Shown here piece after piece: positions 15,001 to 32,900 of a DNA stretch of 64,000 nt. Below the pieces are notes generated by a model. That model did not search any database. It was not told where the DNA came from and saw nothing but the letters and a program-made list of their open reading frames with translations. Location: NCBI GenBank assembly GCA_040954595.2, contig CM082595.2, positions 6,872,193 through 6,936,192 on the forward strand, given 5' to 3'. Origin of the DNA: Balanoglossus misakiensis. Lineage: Eukaryota > Animalia > Hemichordata. Both the position numbers and the translations under genes were made by a program. Position 1 is the first letter of the stretch; every line of letters starts with the position of its first letter.

Positions 15001-15070
15001 AATAAAGAAAGAAAGAAAAACCCCAACGAAACCAATACGGGCCCAAGCCTGGCTTGGCTTGGGCCCGTAA
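1..15070 (-). mobile_element. Nested array of non-autonomous Helentron/DINE-1(HINE)-like elements (left block, runs off window start)
   Basis: Element ends AATATAGCTGCAAGCAGC / ATTAAAGCTGCAAGCAGC (on the - strand a GCTGC-TT-GCAGC stem-loop followed by T-rich end) at 1098, 3094, 4534, 5734, 6899, 8279, 9609, 11279, 12565, 13914. Each is followed by a subterminal IR GGGCACAAGC or GGGCCCAAGC, 215-240 bp internal tandem repeats, an A/(GAA)n/(GAAA)n tract and hairpin caps such as GGGCACAAGC-CTGCTTG-GCTTGTGCCC. This layout (subTIR + partial IR, microsatellite, central tandem repeats, 3' stem-loop, T-rich target) matches DINE-1/HINE elements. No Rep/helicase ORF in the window. Confidence 0.75.
5990..9608. 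repeat. Recent near-identical 1380-bp tandem duplication of one element
   Basis: Lines starting 6001, 7381 and 8761 are identical; identical ORF translations recur with offset 1380 (6367/7747, 6845/8225). Confidence 0.9.
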
Positions 15071-15142
15071 TAAATAATAATAGGTTGAATTGCAATGAGG
15101 ATGAGGATGATAACTATGGGGTGAGAACACCGCCAAAAATAG

Positions 15143-15640
15143 CTGATGTCTTTATTTGGTAGTTTTCTCATCATTATTATGTTATTATGTCATTATTTGG
15201 CCATTACCTTGGCCATTATTTGGTTCGCTCGACATTACCTCGGTCATTATTATACCGTTATTTCGTTATTTGGCCGTTATTATGTCATTATTCAGTACCG
15301 ATGTCTTTATTTGGAAGTTTTCTCATCATTACTATGCTATTATGTCATTATTATACCGTTATTTGGTTAGTTCGTATTTATGTCATGGTCTCGACATTAC
15401 CTCGGCCATTATTTGGTTCGCTCGACATTACCTCGGTCATTATTATACCGTTATTTCGTTATTTGGCCGTTATTATGTCATTATTCAGTACCGATGTCTT
15501 TATTTGGAAGTTTTCTCATCATTACTATGCTATTATGTCATTATTATACCGTTATTTGGTTAGTTCGTATTTATGTCATGGTCTCGACATTACCTCGACC
15601 ATTACCTCGGCCATTATTTGGTTCGCTCGACATTATTTGA
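15143..15640 (+). repeat. Modular tandem repeats (~155 and 193 bp periods) in the outer foldback arm; mirror at 18406-18903
   Basis: GATGTCTTTATTTGG recurs at ~15145, 15300 and 15493; built from short ATTATGTCATT / CATTATTTGG motifs. Confidence 0.85.
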
Positions 15641-15745
15641 CCTGCTTTATTATTTGAACTCTTGCTCGGTACCCAGAATTCATTGCACAAAATGGCGACG
15701 GTATGAAAGTTTCGCCGGCCGTGGCCGACGACGGTCTTGTAAACA

Positions 15746-16595
15746 CAGGGTTCGTACGCTCCTGGAAACTCCTGGAATTTGAAACCCCTCCTGGAAACTC
15801 CTGAAATCTCCTGGAAATTCAAAATTTCTCCTTGAAACTCCTGGAAAACCGCGAGTCACGATCGCATTTCACCGGATCGTGAAACGCGTTGCCCATTTCA
15901 CTCAGCGCACCAGTTATCTTTAGACAGGCGTCCTATAAATAGTATCATTGACGTAGTAATGCACAATTTGCAACAACTAACGCAGCTCAGCATTCCGGTC
16001 GCAACAAAATATCTAAAACTTGACAAAAGATGTAGCAACTTTTGTAAGAGGTCATGCCATGTTTCTGCGCGTCTGCAGAATACTTGTGCAGACGGCCGCG
16101 GCAGACACCCGTGAGATCGATGTTCAAGGGCAATTAGTGACGTCAAAAAGAAGCAAAAAAGGCAGACGTTTTTGTGTGTTTTTTCAGCAGCAAAACAGTA
16201 ATTTCCATCGGTAATTTGTCGATTTTATCACGACAGAAATCATTGCTTTAGGGACCGTTCTGTTTTTACGGCCGAGGGTGGGGGAGGGAGTGTCACTTAA
16301 ATTTTAGCCAAATATATTAAATGATTTGGGAACCTAGGAGATCTCTTGGTGAAAATTGTTTTACTAGGCCTTCATGGGGAGGTCATTGAAATTTGTACTA
16401 TCACAGTCAAAAGTCTTTAAATGATTTGTTAAACTAGAATAACAAGTGCATGTGAATGTAACAGTAATAGTAAATTTTTTTGTTGCGTAAAACATCCTGG
16501 AAAATGGCATTTTTACCACAAAAACTCCTGGAAAATTACTGGAAATCTCCTGGAAACTCCTGGAATTTTGAATTGCTCTAGGTGTATGAACCCTG
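15746..16595 (+). mobile_element. Non-autonomous hAT-like MITE with 5-bp TSD (hAT5-like), left-arm copy
   Basis: TIR CAGGGTTCGTAC...GTATGAACCCTG; AAACA at 15741-15745 and 16596-16600; clusters of CTCCTGGAAA subterminal motifs near both ends. Confidence 0.7.
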
Positions 16596-17450
16596 AAACA
16601 GCACGCGTGGATCAGGCCTCGAACTTAACGCCGGCCCACCGGCCCCGGGCAGGTAAATATTTATAGTGGGCCGGTTATTTTCACATCTTGTCGGCCCAAT
16701 TGGGCCGGTGAATATACACAAATAAATCAGTAAAACATACTGAAGAATCAATATTCTATTGTAAAAGTTATTTAGAAAGAAACATTTCAAGAAAAAAAAA
16801 CAAAGTTTTGTGTCTTTATATGCCGTTTTTTCTTATTTTAAGGAAAGACAAGGACACTGCCAGGAGTCTAATACAACCATTTAGACACTCAATTTCCTTT
16901 CCTTTCCCACTTTGATGGCACACTAAGTACAAACTTCCTTCTAAGTTTTAGTAAACCCAAACTTTAAGACTCTTTTTATTCTATCAGGCAAACTTCAGAA
17001 GAACAAAGCAGTAATTTATGCAAATATATCCGAGCTATATTTAGACACGCTTACGCAGTGAGCGCATGGCCTGGGCATGGGGTGGAAGGGGTCAGGTCGG
17101 GTTCACCAACGCGCGCGTACGTTGGCTTCTCCTAATTTACATATCAATCAATGAACTTTAATCGCGTAACCCTGCCAGCGCGTTGACGGCCGATTATATC
17201 TTCGATAAAATAAGAAAAAACGGCATATAAAGACACAAAACTTTGTTTTTTTTTCTTGAAATCTTTCTTTCTAAATAACTTTTACAATAGAATATTGATT
17301 CTTCAGTATGTTTTACTGATTTATTTGTGTATATTCACCGGCCCAATTGGGCCGACAAGATGTGAAAATAACCGGCCCACTATAAATATTTACCTGCCCG
17401 GGGCCGGTGGGCCGGCGTTAAGTTCGAGGCCTGATCCACGCGTGCTGTTT

Positions 17451-18300
17451 CAGGGTTCATACACCTAGAGCAATTCAAAATTCCAGGAGTTTCCAGGAGA
17501 TTTCCAGTAATTTTCCAGGAGTTTTTGTGGTAAAAATGCCATTTTCCAGGATGTTTTACGCAACAAAAAAATTTACTATTACTGTTACATTCACATGCAC
17601 TTGTTATTCTAGTTTAACAAATCATTTAAAGACTTTTGACTGTGATAGTACAAATTTCAATGACCTCCCCATGAAGGCCTAGTAAAACAATTTTCACCAA
17701 GAGATCTCCTAGGTTCCCAAATCATTTAATATATTTGGCTAAAATTTAAGTGACACTCCCTCCCCCACCCTCGGCCGTAAAAACAGAACGGTCCCTAAAG
17801 CAATGATTTCTGTCGTGATAAAATCGACAAATTACCGATGGAAATTACTGTTTTGCTGCTGAAAAAACACACAAAAACGTCTGCCTTTTTTGCTTCTTTT
17901 TGACGTCACTAATTGCCCTTGAACATCGATCTCACGGGTGTCTGCCGCGGCCGTCTGCACAAGTATTCTGCAGACGCGCAGAAACATGGCATGACCTCTT
18001 ACAAAAGTTGCTACATCTTTTGTCAAGTTTTAGATATTTTGTTGCGACCGGAATGCTGAGCTGCGTTAGTTGTTGCAAATTGTGCATTACTACGTCAATG
18101 ATACTATTTATAGGACGCCTGTCTAAAGATAACTGGTGCGCTGAGTGAAATGGGCAACGCGTTTCACGATCCGGTGAAATGCGATCGTGACTCGCGGTTT
18201 TCCAGGAGTTTCAAGGAGAAATTTTGAATTTCCAGGAGATTTCAGGAGTTTCCAGGAGGGGTTTCAAATTCCAGGAGTTTCCAGGAGCGTACGAACCCTG
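17451..18300 (-). mobile_element. Mirror copy of the hAT-like MITE in the right arm
   Basis: Reverse complement of 15746-16595 including the TGTTT flanks. Confidence 0.7.
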
Positions 18301-19331
18301 TGTTTACAAGACCGTCGTCGGCCACGGCCGGCGAAACTTTCATACCGTCGCCATTTTGTGCAATGAATTCTGGGTACCGAGCAAGAGTTCAAATAATAAA
18401 GCAGGTCAAATAATGTCGAGCGAACCAAATAATGGCCGAGGTAATGGTCGAGGTAATGTCGAGACCATGACATAAATACGAACTAACCAAATAACGGTAT
18501 AATAATGACATAATAGCATAGTAATGATGAGAAAACTTCCAAATAAAGACATCGGTACTGAATAATGACATAATAACGGCCAAATAACGAAATAACGGTA
18601 TAATAATGACCGAGGTAATGTCGAGCGAACCAAATAATGGCCGAGGTAATGTCGAGACCATGACATAAATACGAACTAACCAAATAACGGTATAATAATG
18701 ACATAATAGCATAGTAATGATGAGAAAACTTCCAAATAAAGACATCGGTACTGAATAATGACATAATAACGGCCAAATAACGAAATAACGGTATAATAAT
18801 GACCGAGGTAATGTCGAGCGAACCAAATAATGGCCAAGGTAATGGCCAAATAATGACATAATAACATAATAATGATGAGAAAACTACCAAATAAAGACAT
18901 CAGCTATTTTTGGCGGTGTTCTCACCCCATAGATAACAACAGCATCTGTTCCATAAAATGATGCCCGCTCACTTTGTGTTATTATGCATGACTGTGAATG
19001 AGGTGCGATACAAAACACATACTGACTGGCTTTTCAGGCAACAGCATACATCTTTCACCCCTCGAGACTGTGAGTCGCCCCTAAAACAGACTTTTTCCCT
19101 TGGCCTTCAGCCTGGACAAGCAGTCTGTTCTGGGGGGTGGGGGGGGGGTGACTCACAGTCCCTCGGATTACAGACGTACAGTGTATGCTGGTGTCCTCAT
19201 GGCCAGTCAACATGTGTATACTGATACACAGGACTATCATTATAGTAATGTCTATGATGGTTTGAACAGATGTAGTTAACCAAGTCCCCTATTTAAAATG
19301 AGAAAGTTTTCTTTGACAGACACCCATCAAG

Positions 19332-26951
<7,620 letters not shown>

Positions 26952-27305
26952 TAAGTGTACACCCCCCCCATGATGTGTTGAACTGTGATTTCAAGACTGT
27001 GGCTATGTTGTATACAGTATTGCCCCAAAACTGTAATTCAACACAGTTTATACAAGCTGTGTGTGTTTGTACTTCTGCTACAAGAAGTGTATGCAAATTG
27101 CAGGACTTTCCAACACATCAGGCCTAAGAAAAGAGAGACATAAATATGCCAAGTCAGAATTTCTCTCTTCACAAACGACTTGTACCGCTTGGCTTTGCTT
27201 TGAAAGCAATCAAGATGTGTTGCTGTGTTGTGCCAGTTTTGTAAATATTGTGATGCTTTGTAACAATCCAGTAAGTGAAAAAAAACATGGTGGTGACAGG
27301 GTTAA

Positions 27306-27480
27306 AGGTATACAGTCACCTGTGCAAATTTAGCTATAGTTACCATGGTAAATTGGGATCTACCCAATCACAGATTTTCAGTGGGTGGCACAGGCGAAAA
27401 AAAGTGTGTTCTTTAGAACACTCAAATACGTCATTTCAGCTATATATGGTGATATGTAAATTGGAGGTGACCGTATACCT
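27306..27480. mobile_element. TTAA MITE family C in the katanin 3' UTR region
   Basis: TTAA|AGGTATACAGTCACC...GGTGACCGTATACCT|TTGA; second copy at 58437-58610. Confidence 0.8.
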
Positions 27481-28010
27481 TTGAGGCGGTAAAATTGATA
27501 TTCACGTTGCTATGGTATTGTGAGAGCAATATTACCTTATAGTGTAGTTTTCCAGTTTTACATCAGAATAATCTCAAACATCAAGTATTGAGTTTGTACT
27601 TGATTTCTGAATTCAATCAATCTGGATATCCGAAAATATAAGATTGAGAAGAAAAACTCAAAATGATGTATCAGTCTGGGTGTATTGATAGTTCCACTTT
27701 TCTCGATACACATTTATCATTTGAAGATCACACCTTCGATGAATTTACTGCTCACATTCCATTCTCTTCTGTCTTCTTCCAATGTCACTTTATTTACATT
27801 CTTTGAAGACAGATGGCAAAATTAGTCTTTGCATCGCAACAAAAGCTGTTAGATTTTCACCACGTAGGTTGTATGTCATAAAAACCTAATATGTTTAATA
27901 TATAGAAATTGTGTGTTGTGGAATGAAATGCTATATTACACTTTTCTGTTTTGCTTCGTACGAATTTGTACTTTCAATCACCAGATGATGGTGTGAAATC
28001 TTTGTTTAAT

Positions 28011-28016
28011 AATAAA
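28011..28016 (+). terminator. Candidate polyadenylation signal of katanin
   Basis: AATAAA about 1.06 kb after the stop codon, followed by GT-rich sequence. Confidence 0.4.
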
Positions 28017-28075
28017 AATGTGAATAGTAATGTGTGATATCATTCACCTTCATTTAATTTAATTTAAGATACACC

Positions 28076-28304
28076 TTTGTTTGTAGGATATGAGAGTAAA
28101 GATCTCACAAAAATGAATAAATGGTACAGACCGATTATTCATTTTGGCGAGTTTTTCACTCTCGTGTCTACAATTGGGATGGAAGTTGTGTGTAGTCGAA
28201 CATTGATTCACTATATATCCACATGTAGAATAACATAAACGGTGTCTTGTATCCATCAAACATAATTAATGGAAAAAGGGCAGCGCGAGAGAGACTTTGT
28301 CCCT
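28076..28304. mobile_element. Truncated MITE family A copy
   Basis: Ends GAGAGACTTTGTCCCT|TTAA; aligns by eye with the right two-thirds of 25231-25580. Confidence 0.75.
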
Positions 28305-28632
28305 TTAATTGTATAAAGACTTTGTTGGGGCAACAGTTGTGAAATGTCTACAGTATGAGTTTCCAAATTTGAATGCCCCAAATGAAGTTATATCGTTCCA
28401 TGTGAAGTGAAAATGGCAAATCACAAGAATACCTCAGTCAATATGTCTTTATTGAACTGGCGTGGGTGTGGTCACAAGCCAAGTAAATCATCCAATTTTA
28501 AGCACTCAAAAACACAATCCAAACATTTTGCGATGCTAAAATACTAGAAGCTTCTGTTCAAATGGACGGAAATCACAGACAAATTGAAAACATTTGCATG
28601 CATATAATGGTATCAGAGATGTTGAGGCTTAA

Positions 28633-28863
28633 AGTGAAGGGGTTGTCCCACCGCGTGCACGTGGGTGTCCCCCTTGATGAGAATATGTCCTCCCATACCA
28701 GCACAAACCTCACTGCAGTCGCCACGACCTACTAGTATCTTCAGTTGCTGTCATGCCCAGTCTATGCTATGGTTGGCTGCTTCGTTCATTCTAAGAATGA
28801 TCTAATTTGTTGTGGATGAATTGTAATGTTTATAAACAAACGCGGTGCGACGACCCCTTCACT
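28633..28863. mobile_element. TTAA-flanked MITE family D
   Basis: TTAA|AGTGAAGGGGTTGTCCCACCGCG...CGCGGTGCGACGACCCCTTCACT|TTAA. Confidence 0.75.
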
Positions 28864-29938
28864 TTAACCTCAGGAAGATTCAAAAACATTAGCAAACACA
28901 TACCACTCGTAATTGCGCAGTATACCAGATTATAGAGGTTCTACAAATAGGTTCGGACGGATGCTACACCTCTATAATATTTTAAACAAAAAACAACAAC
29001 AAAACGCATTATTAAACTCAAGAAACTGTAGTCCATGAACACAAAAATCAAGCAAAATGTGAAATATAATGGTTATAAACTGAATGAAAACTGTAATTGG
29101 ACAAACGAGACAAAATATAATGTAGCAGCGAATTACAAACAAGTTGAAAGACAAATTTGCCAGACATTAATTAATATTCATGCGTCATATATGTCAATTC
29201 ACTTTTCATAAGATGTCCGACTTACATAAAATGTGAGAAAATGTTTTGCCCTTCTGAAAAGACTTGAAATGATTGGACGGATAATAGATTTCTGAAAAAT
29301 ACATTGTATGTTCGTGTGAACATGAACACGTGACGTGGGAACAGGTGCATAGACGATCATTGTTAAATTGACTGAGAGAAGCCTGTCGACAACTGTTTAT
29401 TGCATATTTTATACACAGGAACAATCTGATTTAAATCCGATGGAGAGACGGGTGGGCCTTTTCTCTTGAATTTTGGTTTTTACTTCCGGGGAAGGACGAT
29501 CTGGTGATGATTTGACCAATCATAACCTTGCTATATGACAAGGTGTGTTACAGTATAAAAAGTGTGCAGAACTGTGTCAAAATATATTACTTCAAACACA
29601 CATCGAAAATTATGATACAGTAAAAAAACAATCGGTTTTGCTCCAATGGAAAAGGCCTGCAATAGACCATTTTCCAAAGTCCACGAGACCCTGCGAGATA
29701 TCGCGTGACTAGTAAGTTTACATTGGAGGACATTCTCATGTGACACAGGACAAAAAAACTCATCTTGTTAAACGGCTAAAAAATATTTTTTTTTTAAACT
29801 CTGCACTTATTCTTAAATTTGTTTCACAAGGCTTACAAAGCTTGACGTGTATTACTTGGCTAGCAATCCGTTGATGCGGTATATAACAAAATCTCGCGAG
29901 ATCTCGCAACGAGCGCAACAGCATCTGTTATGCTGCCA

Positions 29939-32900
29939 CTACGGTTTCCAGCCTTTTCCACGGTCACTTCTCTTAGGGTCTTTGGGTCTTTGTATCCTGG
30001 AGTCGCTCGTTGAACGTGTATCCCCTTCAGCAGCGGCGGTGGTGGTCGGTCTCTGTGAACTTGACTCATCCACTGTATCTGTGATGAAGACAGAAAACTT
30101 TAAGGTTGAGTTCTCGCCCACTTTCTAGGCGGGATATCCCTTTTCGATACCCTCGAAGCACAATTTCATAAGGGCCTTTCAACTTTAAATAACACTGGGA
30201 AAAACATACCATGACCCTTTCCATTAATTTAAAATTTTAATTTACAGTAAATAATAAGCATATTAAGTTTTCGACCATAATGATTTGTCCAGTACATGTT
30301 CTTCCTTGCATTTTGTTGAAGTTTTCAAAAACATCCTAAATTTCCCGCATTCGCACGTGATACCGTACCCCTCAACCATATTGTTTGTGCTCACGCTGTC
30401 ACTGATGAGGTCAACATAGAGCTATAGTTTTAGGCTTAAATTACCTCCATCACCGAGGCCACTCCGAAGAGTTTCAGCTAAATATCGTATCTCAAGTTCT
30501 TCCAAAGCTTTGATCAACACAGTCAATGTGGCCTTCTTCCCCTCTTTCTGTCTCCAGTGACGAAACATTTGGTGTTTCATTTCTTTGATATCATCCTGAT
30601 GCTCTTTCTCTATTTCCATCAATTTCACATCAGATACACCTAATTTTCGAGCGAGTGGTTTCCATTCCTTGGGCGACAGCCTGTTTTCCAAAATTTCGGT
30701 TGCAATAGTAAGATTATCTGTGAACAATACAATACAATACAATACATTATATTACAACACAACACAACACAACACAACACAACACAACACAACACAACAG
30801 AACACAACACAACACAACACAACTCAACACAACACACACAACGCAACACAACACAACACAACACAACACAACACAACACAACACAACGCAACGCAACGCA
30901 ACACAACACAACACAACACAACACAACACAACTCAACACAACACACACAACGCAACACAACTCAACACAACACACACAACGCAACGCAACACAACACAAC
31001 ACAACACAACTCAACACAACACACACAACACAACGCAACACAACACAACACAACTCAACACAACACACACAACACAACACAACACAACACGACACGACAC
31101 GACACGACACAAGTTGGATGTAACCAAAGATATACGCGCTGCATGACAGAGTGACAAAACTTTCCAAATTCAATTTCTTTAAAGAGGTAACTGAACATAA
31201 TTATTAAAGACGTTTGGTATCATTTTATATGTCCTAGAATTTTCCCGAACGTGGACAGAAACGTGCACTTCACAAAGTAATTTTCAGTGGTGACAAGACA
31301 ATTATTTGTCAATACTAAGCGTGTATTTACAGTAACATCAGAACAACGTATAGTTTTCTTGATTTTGTAAGAGAAATAAAAACAACAACATAAAACGGTT
31401 TATTTAGACGAACACATTGACAAATAGAAGTTAGTATGCATTTATCAAGCTAACCTTTCCTTTCAGGTTTAGGCTGAGGAAAAGATTCCTCCTTAGGTTT
31501 GACTGCAAAAGAAGTTTGTAGTGCTCGCGTACCAGACTCATGTTCCTACAGAAAATGAACAAATGATATAGAAATTTAGTTCGACAGGAAGGTTTAATTT
31601 TTGGTGCCCTAGTGAAATGCAATGTCAAGAGTATACGTCCTTTGGGCGTTTTTCTTTAACAATTGGGACATTTTCGAAGTTCTTGACCCATGCATTTCTA
31701 GGGATTTTTCGACCGTAAATTGGACTCATCCGGACAGCACATATACCCATATACCTTTCTATGCTGGGACCATCCCCCCCCCCCCCCCTCCCCCGGTTCT
31801 TTGCTTCTGAGGATAATGTTTCCTGCAGAGAATATTCAACACTGTAGTGTAGATTACAAATGCAGCTTTATAATAAATAATTACGTCACTTACTCTGGTT
31901 ATGACAAACCATAATTTTGGCTCCTCACTTTCTGATGCGTCTAAATGGCCCTTGTCAAGATGATGTGGTCTCAGGAATTCTGCAAAACCGCTGAATTCAT
32001 TCTTTGGACTCTTCGATGCATCATCGCCCAGGCTAACGTTCAACGACCCGTAGTTGTACTTTTTTCTGGAGTGGAAGGTTATCTTGGCTCCCTCGCTTTC
32101 TATATAATCACCGTCGACTTTCACGTCGATAGTCTGTCCCTCGGCGACATACACTTCTTTGGTGAAAGGAACACATCCCTTTGAGGGTCGGAAGCCGTGC
32201 TCGGCCATCTCGTTTTCAAAATCTTTGCGCTTTTCTTTCACCATGCAACCCACAATCATGCTGGTCTGGCACTCCACGTGCTGAAGAAGTACAAATTGGA
32301 CCAGTTCCCTCGCCGTTCTTGTCATCGCAGTTGCAATGTTGACGATTTTTTCTATTTCAGTGCTGCCGTCAGTAATCAAGGCGGTATAGCGAGTGTCGCT
32401 ACTGTTGGTGAATTAAAGTAGAACACATTTCTTCTAAATTGTTCGAATTGACATTAAAGGCTCACTTTAATACTGTACGTGTAACTATCTTTTCTGTTCT
32501 CGCGCGGAAGCAAAGCAAGAAAGTGTGATTGATACACAGAGTAAAAACTTCTGATAACATTATAAGTTACAGATAGAGGGGCTTTATTTATATCGCCGTT
32601 ATATATAATTGAATTTCAAATTCATAACATTGTATAAAATACCTGTCAAATGGCTTCGCCTGGAAAGTCACTGCTCGTTTCGAAGCGTCGATTTTTATGA
32701 TGGTGTCAGAGACATCTCTCCAGTCATCGTTGTCATTATCTTGCAGAATTTTCACATTTCCTTCCTTCGCCAGGTCGACATCTTCCTCAGCGACGGGAAT
32801 TGGCATGTTTATGGAACATTTAGGCAATTTTTCAACCTTTTTTATCTTTAGCACTGTATCAAATGCGATCGATTTCACATTTTTCCCTTGCACATCACGA

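Larger units (their letters stand above)
15114..18932. mobile_element. Foldback-like giant inverted-repeat element (arms 15114-16840 and 17206-18932, 365-bp spacer)
   Basis: Termini CTATGGGGTGAGAACACCGCC...GGCGGTGTTCTCACCCCATAG. Mirrored ORFs all satisfy start+end=34046. Only one mismatch noticed (16783/17263). ATAA on both sides (15110-15113, 18933-18936) fits a 4-bp TSD. No transposase ORF. Confidence 0.85.

Noticed and set aside
196-15174. Recurrent short ORFs in the arrays (e.g. MVCLKLDMHIINDVK..., MNIAASSDDGHKLK...)
   Set aside because: Chance translations of non-coding repeats; stops and frameshifts vary between copies and no domain motifs are present. The same applies to the other two arrays.
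16613-17433. Independent inner hAT element with 228-bp TIRs
   Set aside because: Its flanks are mirror images, not a direct TSD; the symmetry is explained by the larger palindrome.
15146-18900. Mirror-image ORF pairs (up to 156 aa)
   Set aside because: Products of low-complexity tandem repeats duplicated by the palindrome; open in several frames, with no transposase motifs.
30640-31173. Cys/Val-rich 177-aa and HNTTQ-repeat 161-aa ORFs
   Set aside because: Translations of the (CAACA)n microsatellite inside an intron.
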